Shown piece by piece: positions 37,460 to 51,781 of a stretch of DNA of 64,000 bases. The notes below the pieces were generated by a model. It did not search any database and was not told the origin of the DNA. It worked only from the letters and a program-made list of their open reading frames with translations. Within the stretch, counting starts at the first letter, position 1. Every line of letters starts with the position of its first letter. The stretch is from assembly GCA_951406725.2 (NCBI GenBank), contig OX597828.1:11346001-11410000 (forward strand), written 5' to 3'. The position numbers and the translations under genes were made by a program. The stretch comes from Octopus vulgaris. Taxonomy: Eukaryota.

Positions 37460-37855
37460 TTACTCTTTTACTTGTTTCAGTCATTTGACTGTGGCCATGC
37501 TGGAGCACCACCTTTAGTCGAGCAAATCAACACCAGGACTCATTCTTTGTAAGCCTAGTGCTAATTCTATCAGTCTCTTTTGCCAAACCAATTAGTTATG
37601 GGGACATAAACACACCAGCATCGTTTGTCAAGTGATGTTGGGGGGACAAACACAGACACACAAACATACACACACACACACACACATATATACGACGGGC
37701 TCCTTTCAGTTTCCGTCTACCAAATCCACTCACAAGGCTTTGGTCGGCCTGAGGCTATAGTAGAAGACACTTGCCCAAGGTGTCACACAGTGGGACAGAA
37801 CCCGGAACCATGTGGATGGTAAGCAAGCTACTTACCACACAGCCACTCCTGCGCC
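37460..37855 (-). mobile_element. SINE-A
   Basis: Full-length reverse complement copy. Confidence 0.85.
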
Positions 37856-38839
37856 TAGTAATCTTCACCCACCTTTAGGGATTCAGAGATACAACACACC
37901 CACACACTTAACTACTATCAATGTATGTACCCTCAACTAGATGATATTCAGGGTATTCTAAATATTCAGTACAATGCAGATCTTTCATTCCATTTTTTTT
38001 TACTGTTTTTAAGACGAATTATGAGTTTTAAAGGCATAAGATCCTCTCGATCCATTTTTATCTAATTGACTTCATTATGATATTTAACTATCTGAGACCC
38101 CCTTCGGTCACGACACAGACCATGGGATTGCACTTAGAAAGTTACCCTCTCAGGTACAAGTCCTGGATAAGTTGTTTATGGAAGACCAGCACTCACCCAT
38201 GCATACTGGTCTCCCCTCTCCACGCCACCAGTGTTATCCAAGGGAAAGGCAAAGGCTGATACAGCTTATCACCAGTGACGTCGCAACTCATTTCTACAGC
38301 TGAGTTAACTGGAGCAACATGAAATAAAGTGTCTTACTCAAGAACACAACACAGCCCGGTCTGGGATTCGAACTTACACTCTCATGATTGTAAGCTCAAC
38401 GCTCTAACCACTGAGCCATGTGCCTTCACTATTCAACAATATCTACTGTACGTTTATTATATAACATTTTTATGTTCCATTTTCCATAATCATCTGAAGA
38501 TTGGAAAAGGAAAATCTCAGAAAAATGATTCATTAATTTTCAACTTCAAAAAAATTACACACACACATACACATTGCCCTTGTTCTCATTTTTATATTTG
38601 GTCCATTTTTTCCAGACTAGCATGGATTAAATGAGACTTGTTGAAGTAATATTCTTTGACTGGACACCTTTCATATTAACTAGTCCATAATTATTTTAAG
38701 GTACTCTTCTCCAGTTCTTTTGAATGATGAACCACTCAGGGGTTGGATATGTTTTTGTAACAGATATAAGCAATGATATGACCTACATAGAACATAAACA
38801 ATTTCAAGACACAAAGAGGAAGACCAAAAAAAAAACATA

Positions 38840-39622
38840 GGTAAAGGAGTGGTTGTGTGGTAAGTAGCTTGCTTACCAGCCACATGGTTCTGGGTTCAGT
38901 CCCACTGTGTGGCATCTTGGGAAAGTGTCTTCTACTATAGCCTCGGGCCGACCAAAGCCTTGTGAGTGGATTTGGTAGATGGAAACTGAAAGAAGCCCAT
39001 CGTATATATGTATATATGTGTGCGTGTGTGCCTGTGTGTGTGTGTATGTTTGTGTGTTTACGTCCCCGTAACTTAGTGGTTTGGTAAAACAGTTCAATAG
39101 AATAAGTACTAGGCTTACAAAGAATAAGTCCTGGGGTCGATTTGCTCGACTAAAGGAGGTGCTCCAGCATGGCCATAGTCAAATGACTGAAACAAGTAAA
39201 AGACTAAAAGAGTAAAGTGGGAGTGGCTGTGTGGTAAGTAGTTTGCTAACAAACCACGTGGTTCTAGGTTCAGTCCCACTGCATGGCACCTTGGGCAAGT
39301 GTCTTCTACTAACCTTGGGCCGACCAAAGCCTTGTGAGTGGATTTGGTAGAAGGAAACTGAAAGAAGCCTGTCATATATATGTATACTTATATAAATATG
39401 TGTGTGTATACGTTTATGTATCTGTGTTTGTCCCCCCCAACATCGCTTGACAACCCATACTGGTGTGTTTATGTACCCGTAACTTAGCGTTTCTGCAAAT
39501 GAGACCGATAGAATAAGTACTAGGCTTACAAAGAATAAGTCCTGGGGTTGATTTGCTCGACTAAAGGTGATGCTCCAGCATGGCCACAGTCAAATGACTG
39601 AAACAAGTAAGAGAGTAAGAGT
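38840..39622 (+). mobile_element. Two SINE-A copies head-to-tail
   Basis: Copies at about 38840-39215 and 39218-39622. Confidence 0.85.
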
Positions 39623-40169
39623 AAAAACGTATACAGACAGTCTCAGTCATAGATAATCAGGCATAGAAAAGTGACTGTTAAATACATGATCATGATGATG
39701 GGGATGATAACCACCTACAGTTACCATTTAGCATTTTCACACCCAAAGCACCTTGAGTCCAAACATGAACTCTACACCTTAACAGCAAATAACGAGTACA
39801 GCCAACTGTCAGATTGGCCAGCATTTATGAGACACGGTGAACTTGTTAGTCAGAGCTGGCTCAATCCCACCTGGGAAAATGGCACTATAAGTAAGTGCAA
39901 GGTAACCTGTGTCTAGAGTAAAAGGCATCTGCCCATTGACTGACACTGGGAATGAATCTGAGATAACTACATGGTTGTAAAGTGAACTTTATAACACCAC
40001 CACTGTATGACATTGGCCAAAATTCATCAATCACTAACACATTATTCAATGCTAAAGTCTTATTGTATTAATAAGAAATTATAGTGCATCCATCAATCAA
40101 AAGGTAACATGCACTTTTAGGTAGCAATTTACATGTATCTGATATGAATATAATGTTCTGATATATTGG

Positions 40170-40385
40170 TTTTAAATTCTGGCACAAGGCCAGCAATTTC
40201 GGGAAAAGTGTATGCAAGTCAATTACATTCACCCTAGTGCTCAACTGGTACTTATTTTATTAACCCTGAAAGGCTAAAGGGCAAAGTTATCCTTGGCAGA
40301 ATTTGAACTCAGAATGCAAAGACGGACAAAATGCCGCTATGCATTTTGCCCAGCATGATAATATTTCTGCCAGCTTGCCACCTTA
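40170..40385 (-). mobile_element. SINE-B
   Basis: GGCAGAATTTGAACTCAGAA and TCTGCCAGCTTGCCACCTT motifs. Confidence 0.75.
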
Positions 40386-41066
40386 TAAAATTTCTGCTAT
40401 ATTACTGTACAGTTTGTTTGCATTTGGGAAAATTGATGGGTTGAATGGCAACAATCAAACAATGAGTTGTCATCGCAATTTTAATGTCTCCTTTTCCATG
40501 CTTGTTTGTATAGTTCAGACAGGTTGAGCGGGTTTTCTACAACTGGATGTCCATCCTGTCACCAATTCTTTTCTGTTTTGAAACAAGATAATATTACTCC
40601 TAGACCAGATATATTCATCTCATGGAATACTAGAAATGAATAACATCACTTGTATGATGATGATGCTGCTGAAGTCCAAGACATTTCTCAATGTGTGTTG
40701 CAGCTTCTTCAGACAGATGCTCACATGTGTGTCATGTGGCTTGCTCTCTAAGGATGCCTGACTGATTGGCAACTACTTCACACAGTGTACTGCATGCATT
40801 ATCATGCTGCATCAACACTAGACAAGTTGCACAGTCCTTGGCTAAACAGGACCAAAAGGACTTCCCAACTCTACTATTCCTGCAGTTTCTGCCTACCATA
40901 TTCACTTTCACGAAATTGGCTGGCACAATGCTTTAGTATAAAACACTCATTCTAAGAACCAAACCCAAAATGCATTCATTGGTAAAGCAAAATACTTAAT
41001 CAGACATCCTGCATACATGCACACAAACACACATATAGATTAACCCACACACATGCATACATTGTA

Positions 41067-41101
<35 letters not shown>

Positions 41102-41294
41102 CACCCACTGCACTCACGGAGTGGTTGGCATTAGGAAGGGCATCCAGCTTTAGAAACACTGCCAGATCAGACTGGAGCCTGGTGCAGCCTCCTGGCTTCT
41201 CAGACCCTGGTCGAACCGTCCAACCCATGCTAGCATGGAAAGCGGACGTTAAACGATGATGATGATGATGATGAAGAATACATGTACACGTGTA

Positions 41295-41395
41295 TTTTGA
41301 GAGAGCACATCAGTAGCAAGGTCATCAGGGAGAAGTCCGGCGTGAGGGATGTCATCGTAGAATATACACGCAGCAAGTTTAGATGGGCTGGACTA
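41295..41395 (+). mobile_element. RTE-clade LINE fragment
   Basis: LREHISSKVIREKSGVRDVIVEYTRSKFRWAG. Confidence 0.65.
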
Positions 41396-41874
41396 CACAG
41401 ACACGTGTACCCTTAACGTAGTTCTCTGGGATATTCAGCGTGACTCAGAGTGTGACAAGGCTGGCCTTTGAATTACAGGCACAACAGAAACAGGAAGTAA
41501 GAGTGAGAGGAAGTTGCGGTGAAAGAGTACCACAGGGTTCGCCACCACCCCCTGCTGGAGATTTAGATGTTTTCACTCAATAAACACTCACAACGCCTGG
41601 TCTGGGAATTGAAATCGTGATCCTATTACCACGAGATCACTGCCCTAACCTCTAGGCCATTGCGCCTCCACAGATATATATGTATATATGTGTGTATATA
41701 TATATATATGTATGTATATATGGGCACAGGACATCACAAAATGTAAACAACATAAAATATCAAGACAAACTTGGGTATGCGAACAACGAGAGAAACAAAT
41801 GAATAGCTGACAACTGATGAAGGGTCGTTCTTTATGTTACTTGTTTTGTTTTCCATTTGTTTCTCTCATTGTTC

Positions 41875-42102
41875 ATATATGTATATATGCATATATATGT
41901 ATATATGCATATATATGTATATATGCATATATATGTATGTATATATGCATATATATGTATGTATATATGCATATATGTATGTATATATGCACATATATGT
42001 ATGTATATATGCACATATATGTATGTATATATGCACATATATGTATGTATATATGCACATATATGTATGAATATATGCACATATATGTATGAATATATGC
42101 AC

Positions 42103-42150
<48 letters not shown>
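41875..42150. repeat. 18-22 bp ATATATGTATGTATATATGCAC minisatellite then (AT)n
   Basis: Direct inspection. Confidence 0.85.
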
Positions 42151-42152
<2 letters not shown>

Positions 42153-42924
42153 GTTTATATTATTATATGATTGAACGCCATGCATCCATTCCCAAGTAAG
42201 TCTATCTATCCATCTATCTATCTATTTATATATATATATCGTGAAACATTCCATTATAATAGAGTCAACTATAACATTTACAGAGAGGAGGAAATAACAA
42301 AACATGACAATATTCCCAATAATCCTCTCCCAAGAATATTAAATAATAATAATAATAATAATAATAATAGTAATGATAATAATAATAATAGTAATGATAA
42401 TAATAATAATTTCTTTTATTTCCTACAAGGGCAGTTGATGAGAAGATCTTTAAAGAATAAATTACTTGTACACACACACACACACAGACACACACAGACA
42501 CTCAAAGAACGAAATGAAAATAAATATGGGTTTTCGTGAAATTTTGTGAAAAGAAGTGAGCATAGAAAACAAACACCTAACAACAACAACAATAATAATA
42601 AGGTAAAGTTTGGTTCTAAAAGACTCTAGTATGAAATCTAGTGACTAAGAACTCCCAAATACAAAGGGAAATATATTCCAAGAGGATAGGATTCCTACAG
42701 TATTACTCATTCAATACTATGCCCATCCCCTATCTAAACAAGAGAAGAAGCAGGGGATTCTTACTGTGGATATTTGATCAACAAATCAATCATCTTTTTC
42801 CATGTGAGACAACCTATTAGCTGTTCCCAGAAAATGAAAATGGTAATATCTGGTGAAGAGCTGCCAACAACTTTGACACACTTTGGTAATGATGTTGGTG
42901 AGGAATAAACACTGATAAATTCTC

Positions 42925-43490
42925 ATTAGATCCATGTTTGGTATTCTTGTTTACATAGATATTGGGTGATGGAAGTCCCATTTTGATTTCGATGCACAAG
43001 TCATTCAATTAACTGGACAATCTGTTCACTGGATTACCATGTGAGATATATCCACAGATATTTCATACTCATATTTGATATCCATGTTTACAGAGATATT
43101 AGATGGAGGTCTCGTTTTGATTTTGATATACAAGCATTTAGTTGTTCAGTTACCTGGACAATCTACTTATTGGAATTATGATGTGAGATGGCTGAGTATA
43201 CCTAAAGACATAGCATCCTTATATTTGATATCCATGTTTACATAGATATTGGGTGATGGAAGTCTGATTTTGATTTCAGTACACAAGCATTTAGTCATTC
43301 AGTTAACTGAACAATCTTACTCGTATAAACATGTGAAGTGGCTGAGTAACCCATGTTTGATATCCATGTTTACATAAATGTTAGGTGATGGAAATCTCAT
43401 TTTGATACAGGAGTTAGTCGTTCAACTAACTGGACAATCTACTCTTTGAATTACGATTTGAAGTGGCTGAATATTCCAAAGAGACATTCA
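42925..43490. repeat. Degenerate minisatellite, 4 units of about 130-150 bp
   Basis: Recurring TTTGATATCCATGTTTACA.AGATATT.GGTGATGGAA...AACTGGACAATCT. Confidence 0.8.
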
Positions 43491-43810
43491 TCATCATCAT
43501 CATCCTCGTTTAATGACCGTTCTCCATGCTAGCATGGGTTGGATGGTTCAACTGGGATTTGGGAAGCCAGAAGGCTGCACCAGGCTCCAGTCTGATCTGA
43601 CAGTATTTCTACAGCTGGATGCCCTTCCTAATGCCAACCACTCCGTGAGTGTAGTGGGTGCTTTTTACATGCCAGGCGAGGCTGGCAACGGCCACAATCA
43701 GATTGGTGCCTTTTACGTGCCACCGGCACGGAAGCCAGTCAAGGCGGCGCTCAGATTGGTGCTTTTTACGTGCCACTGGCACAGGGATCACAACTACAAT
43801 TTCCATTGAT
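43490..43810 (-). mobile_element. SINE-C
   Basis: Reverse complement copy; an opposite-orientation copy lies at about 44150-44385. Confidence 0.8.
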
Positions 43811-44026
43811 TTTTGATCCTTAATATAATTTTCAAGTAGAATAAGCAAGACACATAGGTGAGGAGGCTGGACTTTTGAATTACAGATACAGTTTATCCAT
43901 CGGACAAAGCAAATTTCTTAACCCCTCAACTATTGAGATAACAATGAAGTGATTGTCATAACTGTTGCTAGTTAGTTGTATTATAAGATCAGACCCAGAC
44001 TAAATTATCCATTACATTCAAATTTC

Positions 44027-44066
<40 letters not shown>

Positions 44067-44101
44067 TAATAATAATAATATAAATAATAATATTAATAAT
44101 G

Positions 44102-44150
<49 letters not shown>

Positions 44151-44384
44151 TGATTTGAGCATGGCCGTTGCCAGTACCACCTGACTGGCCCTTGTGCCGG
44201 TGGGATGTAAAAGCACCCACTACACTCACAGAGTGGTTGGCATTAGGAAGGGCATCCAGCTGTAGAAACACTGCCAGATCAAGATTGGAGCCTGGTGCAG
44301 CCATCTGGTTCGCCAGTCCTCAGTCAAATTGTCCAACCCATGCTAGCATGGAAAGTGGACGTTAAACGATAATGATGATGATAA

Positions 44385-45219
44385 TGGTTTCAAATTTTTG
44401 GCACAAGGCCAGCAAGTTCAAGGAAGTGGGCTAGTCGATTACATAGACTCCAGTTCTCAACTGGCACTTATTTTATTAGCCCCCACAAGAGGATGAAGAC
44501 CAAAGTCAACCTCGGCGGAATTTGAACTCAGAACGTAATGACAAATGAAAGGCAGCTAAACAGTTTGCCCATGCCAACGATTCTGCCAGTACGGCGCCTT
44601 AATAATAATAGTGGTGGTGGTGGTGGTGGTGGTGGTGGTAGTAGTAGTAGTAGTAAAAATAATAATAATAATAATAACAGATTCTCCATGTTGAAGACAA
44701 TGTATGAATGTTCAGTTTTTGCTAAATGACCTGCACAAATGAATTGTTTATAGCGATCAAATATATTCGAGCCACATATTAGCTCATTCTCTCCACCAAA
44801 TCAACAATGACAGAACAGGTGCATGGTGTACCACGCGTCAGGTGTCAAAATGATCACAGGACAACATGAAGTGAAGAACACAATGCACAATCTGGTCTAG
44901 GAATTGAAACCATGACCTCGCAATTATGAGTGCAACACCCTAACAACCAAGCCATACGAACTGGTTTCAAATTTTGGTGCAACACAAGTAATTTCAAGAG
45001 AAGGGGGCCAATCGATTATATTGGCCCCAATACTCATTGACCCCCAAAGAGACAAAAAAAAACAAAACAACAATGGAAATTTGAACTCAGAACATACAGA
45101 TATCAAAATATTGATAAGCATTTTGTTTGATGTGCTAAAAATTCTGTCAGCTTGCTGCCTTAATACTACTACTACTAATAATAATAATAATAACAATAAT
45201 AATAATAATAATAATAATG

Positions 45220-45257
<38 letters not shown>

Positions 45258-46460
45258 CCCTTCTATTGCAAGCATAAGACCTCAAATTTGGGGGAAGGGA
45301 TTAAGTCAATTACATTAACCCCAGTCATAACTGGTACTTATTTAAGCAACCCTAAAAGTATGAAAGTTGACCCCAGCAGAATTTGAACTCAGAACACAGC
45401 AGCAGAGAAAATACCGCTAAGCATTTTGCCAGGCATGCTAACGTTTCTGCCAGATTGCCGCCCTCACTAATAATAATAATAATAATTATAATAATAATAA
45501 TAATAATAATAATAAACCGGTTGAGCATTTCCTTCAATGGCTGATGATATGTGCATCTTTGATCATGAGCAGAAGTAGCGGGGGAGCATCATAGCCATGT
45601 GTTGAGAGAAACTCTTTGGGGTTTGGATAATTCACCTCTGGAAACACGGGTGTTTCGTTCAACATTCTTAAACAACCCTTATTCAGCAACCTCTTGAGCG
45701 GGACGGGCTGCTTGACCTGAAGAAAATTCTAACTGCAAGGTTATGCACTGTTAATCTTTATATGAGATCATTATGTCGCACACATATGGTCATGATGCAT
45801 GGGCTTGGTGTACCCTTATCAAACAGGTTGCCATGATGGGTATACTGGGCTTCATATATTTTACCCCAGTGTTATGTTGATGGCATGCACTGCTCTCTCA
45901 ATAATAATAATAATAATGATTTAATTCTGGTCTTATTGGCCACAACAACTAATATAAATCAAAACATTTAAGGACAAACACAGGACGATAAAAACAAAGG
46001 GTTTTGCAAAATAATAATAATCTTTTTATAGGCAGAGGGCCTGAAATTTTGAAGAAGGTGTAGAGCTAGACGATTACATCAACCCCAGTACTCAAATGGT
46101 AGCTATTTTATAGATGAAGGGTTAGGATAACTTTAGCAGGGTTTGAAATCAGAAGGCAAAGAACCAGAACAATTAACATTAGGTATTTTGTCCAATGCTT
46201 TAAAGCTTCTGTAATTCCTCTGGCCAATAATAATAATAATAATAATAATAAGGGTATCGAATTTTGGCATAAGGCCAGCAATTTTAGTGGTATTGATTAC
46301 ATCAACACTGGTGTTCAACTGGTACTTATTTTATCAGTCCGAAAGGATAAATGTCAAAGTTGCTCTTGGCAAAATTTGAACTCGGGACATAGAGAGCTGA
46401 AAGAAATACTGCTAAGCATTCTGGCCGGCACATTAACAATTCTGCTTGGTGCCTTAACAA
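44385..46460 (-). mobile_element. Cluster of SINE-B copies interleaved with (AAT)n, plus one SINE-D piece and an unclassified repeat (about 45520-45900)
   Basis: SINE-B at about 44385-44600, 44960-45160, 45255-45465, 46020-46225 and 46250-46455. Confidence 0.7.
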
Positions 46461-46462
46461 CA

Positions 46463-46551
46463 CTAATAATAATAATGATGATAATAATAATAAAATAATA
46501 ATGATAATAATAAAAATAGTAATAATAATGATAATAATAATGATGATGATG

Positions 46552-46602
<51 letters not shown>

Positions 46603-46671
46603 GTAATAATAATGATAATAATAAAGATGATAATGATGATAATAATAATAATAATAATGATAATAATAATG

Positions 46672-46716
<45 letters not shown>

Positions 46717-46775
46717 GTAATAATAATGATAATAATAAAGATGATAATGATAAAAATAATGATAATAATAATGAC

Positions 46776-46823
<48 letters not shown>

Positions 46824-47050
46824 CATAATAATAATGAAGACAGCATGTGGAAAAAATAGCAAAATGAAAATGGCAAAAATGATGAGGAAGAGGAGGAGAA
46901 GGAGGAATAGGAATAAAAGAGGAAAGTGAATTAGATAGACAGTGACTGAGAGAAAGAGTGGAGAGAGAGAGAGACAGAGAAAGAGACACAGAGAGAAAGA
47001 GAGAGAGAGAGAGAAAAAGAGAGAGAGAGAGAGAGAGAAATAGACAGGCA
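46463..47050. repeat. (AAT)n/(GAT) tract followed by (GA)n
   Basis: Direct inspection. Confidence 0.9.
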
Positions 47051-47784
47051 GATAAAGAGATGGTCAGAGAGAAAAGCAGATTTAATAGCCCAGACTCTTT
47101 CTAGCCATGCTGAACAGCAATATTCAGATCATGACCCTTCGTCGCATGACATTCTACGTTTTTACATTAGAAAAATAGTACTTTGTAATTTCATGTTAAT
47201 AACTGACGAGATCAAGCAGGAACTATACAGAGACAGCTGGCTTTACTGGCTTTCTTCAGAGGAACACAGTGTGTTCCGTTGGCTGAGAAGAAAGTGGCAA
47301 GACAGACAAGACACTGGGAACCGAACAAAGCAGTACGTTTCAAACAGAACAACCACATTCCAGCAATTAGAGAATTTACAATTCGAACATCAGTATATAT
47401 AATTAGAAATAATTTATCTCACAAACAACGCTGGCAATTTAGTACAATTACAAAGGAAGGAACGGGGCAGGATGTGATGCGGGGAGACACCTTGGAAAAA
47501 TGTCAGTCATTAGATATAACTAGGATCTTCAGTGGACAGTCTCCAAGAAGGGAGAAAGGAAAATGGTCAGAAAGAGATGGGGGAGGTGTTGGTGGTGGTG
47601 GTGGTGGTGATGGTGGTGGTGGTGGGGAGGATGCCCTACATAACTATCACTGGACTGAAAAATTATTAGAAAGTTCTGTTAATAATAATAGTAAAAAGAA
47701 TATACATATATATGAATGTATATCAGAATATATATTCTTATATATATGTATGTAAAAGAATATACATACATATATATATGTATG

Positions 47785-47846
<62 letters not shown>

Positions 47847-48683
47847 TACATATATAAAACGAATACGTATATAATGAAGACATAAGAATATATATATATA
47901 AAGTTATTCGCCAACTCTTTAATAAGCCTTATTCCCAGCTGGCGATAATAAAACAGTGAGTAAGATTTGTAATGTTCGTCAAATTATTGGTCTTTTTCTG
48001 GGGCAAAGATTGATTTTTTTTTTGTTTTGTTTCACACTTTATTATATTTATTTACCTTTTTTGTATTTTGTTTTTAATAATAAAACAACAGAGCTAAAGG
48101 TATTTGCAATAACAGATATTAGTGGAGAAGAGTTGATAAGTTTATTTCCCATCCCATTGTCAGACGATGCCAATGAAAATATAAATTACTAGTATTAGTG
48201 TTGTTGTTGTTGTTGTTGTTGTGGTTGCTGTTGTTGTTAAAGCAGTGAGCTGGAAGAATCATTAGCACGAAAGGCAAAATGCGTAGCAGTATTTTCCTGG
48301 CTTTGCCCTGAGTTCAAATTCCGCTGATGTTGATTTTGCCTTTCATCCTTGGTTACTAAAAGAAGTACCATTTCAGCAGTATCATCATCATCAGCAGCAG
48401 CAGCGTTTAAAATCCACTTTTCATGCTGGCATGGGTTAGATGGTTTGACTGGAACTCACAACAACACATAGGGTTACACCAAGTTCCAGTCTGATTTGGC
48501 ATGGCGTCTATGGCTGGATGCCCTTCATAATGCCAACCACTCATGTAAATACGTGTGTGTGCTCTAAGCGCTTCACTAGCACGGATGCCAGTCATCGAAT
48601 TTGATTTAGATGTATTTATGTATGTATATCTTCGTTCTTCGTGCTGTTTCTTCATGCTTCGTATTTTCGTTCTTCGTCACTCC

Positions 48684-48830
48684 ACGACGGTGGAGTGACA
48701 ATTTCAAGAGGACGATTGGGATCACGTGGATGAGAAAGGCGCGATCCAGAGAGGAGTGGACAGCGTGCTGTGACCAGCGGTGTCAAATGGACGCCTGACA
48801 GACTGGTCGGTCAAAGTGATCAAAGTGATG
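48684..48830 (+). mobile_element. RTE-clade LINE extreme 3' end
   Basis: RRWSDNFKRTIGITWMRKARSREEWTACCDQRCQMDA* followed by a short tandem tail (TCAAAGTGA)2. Confidence 0.65.
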
Positions 48831-50066
48831 TATGTATATAAATCATGTTAAGCCTAAAAGTGATGCACATTACCCACATAAGTTCTACCACAAATAAGAC
48901 CAAATCTGAGTCGAGTCGAATAATAATATCACTGCACATGCCGCAGAAAATGTCATTATATCTCATACTCTAGTAAATATAAGAATCAAATAGCCAAAGC
49001 CATCATAGTTGCTCCTAATGCTAGGCCTTGCAATCACTGGGGGATACATGTGTCCTTATCATCTTCATGGTGGTCATTGTCATTTAGAGTCTATTTTCCA
49101 TACTGGCATGGGTTAGACAGTTTGACTGGAACAGGTAAGCCGGAGAGCTGTATCAGGCTCCTGTCTGATTTGGCTTCATGCCCTTCCTGATGTTAATCAC
49201 TATGAGAGTGTAGTGGGTGCCTTTTACATGTCACCAACACTAGCCATGACTATGATTTCATTTGGCTTGAAAATTGCCAGACTGACCTTGTTTTCAAAAC
49301 CAGAAAATGCCTCATCCTTCAAACAGCTAAAAAGCCTCTACAAAACTTAAGTGAAACCCATATCTAAAAACCTACTCAACTAATTAGCATCACATCATCC
49401 ATTCCAGACTCTGATCCACAAACAGTGTCTCTTCTCTGTGCTTTTTCTGCCACAACTAAGATGTCCTCAGCTCCCTTTCTTAGGAATCTTGACTCACTTA
49501 TTTCTTTTCCTTTCACCACCCATGTTGTATCCACCCTCAGCCCCAACTTTTGTGCTCATTCCTTCTTCCCAAGGCTATCATCCTTCTAAAAATCCTACCC
49601 AGAACATGTCATTATTGAAACTGTTGAACAGCAACATTTATGTAACAAAAGATAACAGCACGAATCTCATTGATTAATGAGGTCAAGCAGAAAACATCGG
49701 TACTGCTCATTGCTCCTGACTTAACATGGATCGGATGGAATTTGTTGAGGCAGACTGTCTTCAGCCAGATGCTCTTCTGGGCACCAAGCCTGACCCATTT
49801 CGTGACTAGGAATAAGCAGCATCACTTGTTTGTTGGTAGGGCTCATTTACAGCCATCATCTAATGTCAAGACAAGAATATACATACACAAACACACACAT
49901 ACATTCATAGACACATGCATTAATGGTTTTTATTTTTTTGTTTGTTCAGTTATAATAAAAACAATGTTACATTAATCTGATGGGCAGTCTGTTGAAGGCT
50001 TAGCTGGCCAAAACTTTGAAGACATGTTTAAGAATAATAAACAAATAAATATGTATGAGTGTGTCT

Positions 50067-50102
<36 letters not shown>

Positions 50103-50712
50103 CGTAAAAGGCATCTTCCACTTTTCATCTACTGAATCCATTCGCAGGGCTTTAGCAGATCTAGGACTATAGAGGAAGATGCTTGCCAAAGTTGCTGCAC
50201 ATTGAGATTGAACCCAGAGCACACAGTTATGATGCAAGCTTCTTAACCGCAGAGCGATGCCTATGCCTTGATACAGTTAATTATTAGATATGATATTATA
50301 AACAGAGTATATTGACTTGAACTTACTGAAGTCAATATACATTATATATATGCTATTTATTGCTACACTTCACGACTGATACTACATATAAGAAATATGA
50401 TAAATGGCTTATATCAAATAGTATTTAGTAAGTGTTCTTTTATGACAGACCAGAAACAAGTAGAGCAACAAAGTTCCAAGAGATTTACATATAAATCTAC
50501 GATAAAACCATTCATATAACAAATCCACACATTCAGCAAAAATCTACCAAGAGAAATGCATTCTGTAACAGAATATAAATACCCAATCAACAACACAATT
50601 ATTGAATGATCTTGTATGGTTGGAAAACAATTGATCTTCTGGATATTCTATGATTAATGTTGTATGATTGAAACCTCAGTGTATCTTGGATGTAGTGAAC
50701 AGTTAATCTTAC

Positions 50713-50838
50713 CATAGTTCTCTGTGAGGTCTTCTGTAAATGAGACTGTACGTACGGAGTAAATACATCAAGATCAAAAGGATCGATGTATTCTTCGAGT
50801 TGATCCATTATTTTCTTGATCCGATTCTTCACGTTCAC
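50713..50838 (-). CDS. COG1: COG1 internal exon
   Basis: ttttcag|GTG ... ATG|gtaag; 126 nt, phase 0-0. VNVKNRIKKIMDQLEEYIDPFDLDVFTPYVQSHLQKTSQRTM contains the COG1 signature IDPFDLDVFTP. Confidence 0.93.
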
Positions 50839-51145
50839 CTGAAAAGAAACAGATATGAAGTTACAGAATTATACATTTACTTTGGCGCATTCGCCAGCAC
50901 AAACATTAAACATTAAATGAATCAAAATGCAACAAAATCTGATGAATTATTCTATATTACACGTACATACATACATATTGGAAGCTGATTGTTTGATATA
51001 GTTAACCAAGTTCACTTAACACTGAGTGTGTTCTAGATACCTGCCTGGATCTATTTATCACTTTTACCTCTTGTTTCATATATTTAGATATATGTATGTG
51101 CATATAGCTACCCGCCTATCTGTCTATCTATTTATCTATCTGTCA

Positions 51146-51205
<60 letters not shown>

Positions 51206-51239
51206 CTGCAAAGACCCGACAAATAATGTGAGTTCATAG

Positions 51240-51735
51240 CTGTTTCCTGCACCAGTTTCGCATAGCAGTCACAGCCCATCCAAAGTACCTTGGATTGCAG
51301 AACGACCTGCTGTGCTTACCTTGGATTGTAGGGTGACCTGCTGTGCTTGAGGAGACCTATTGAGTCAAGTACATCAACATCAAAATAAATATCAAATGGA
51401 AATTGTAGTTGTGTTACTTGTGCCGGTGGCACGTAAAAAGCACCATCCAAATGTGGCCGATGCCAGCGCCACCTTGACTGGCTTCTATGCCAGTGGAACG
51501 TAAAAAGCACCAACCAATGATGGTTGCTGCCATCCTCCCTTGGAACCTGTACCGGTGGCACGTAAAAAGCACCCACTACTCTCATGGAGTGGTTGGCGTT
51601 AGGAAGGGCATCCAGCTGTAGAAACACTGCTAGATCAGACTGGAGCCTGGTGCAGCCTCCTGGATTTCCAGACTCCGGTCAAACCGTCCAGACCGTACTA
51701 GCATGGAAAATGGACGTTAAACGATGATGATAATG
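51240..51735 (+). mobile_element. SINE-C, longest copy in window
   Basis: Three GTGG(C/A)ACGTAAAAAGCACC sub-repeats and the (GAT)n tail. Confidence 0.8.
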
Positions 51736-51750
51736 ATATATATATGTATA

Positions 51751-51781
<31 letters not shown>

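Noticed and set aside
30160-39375. Recurring ORFs ending ...[31 protein letters not shown]...
   Set aside because: Antisense translation of SINE-A copies, not a protein family.
46326-46989. Poly-I / poly-Y / poly-L ORFs up to 211 aa
   Set aside because: (AAT)n trinucleotide repeat.
47080-47410. ORFs 47193-47402 and 47279-47755
   Set aside because: They look like a heavily decayed LINE 3' remnant plus (GGT)n; too degraded to call as a gene or classify.
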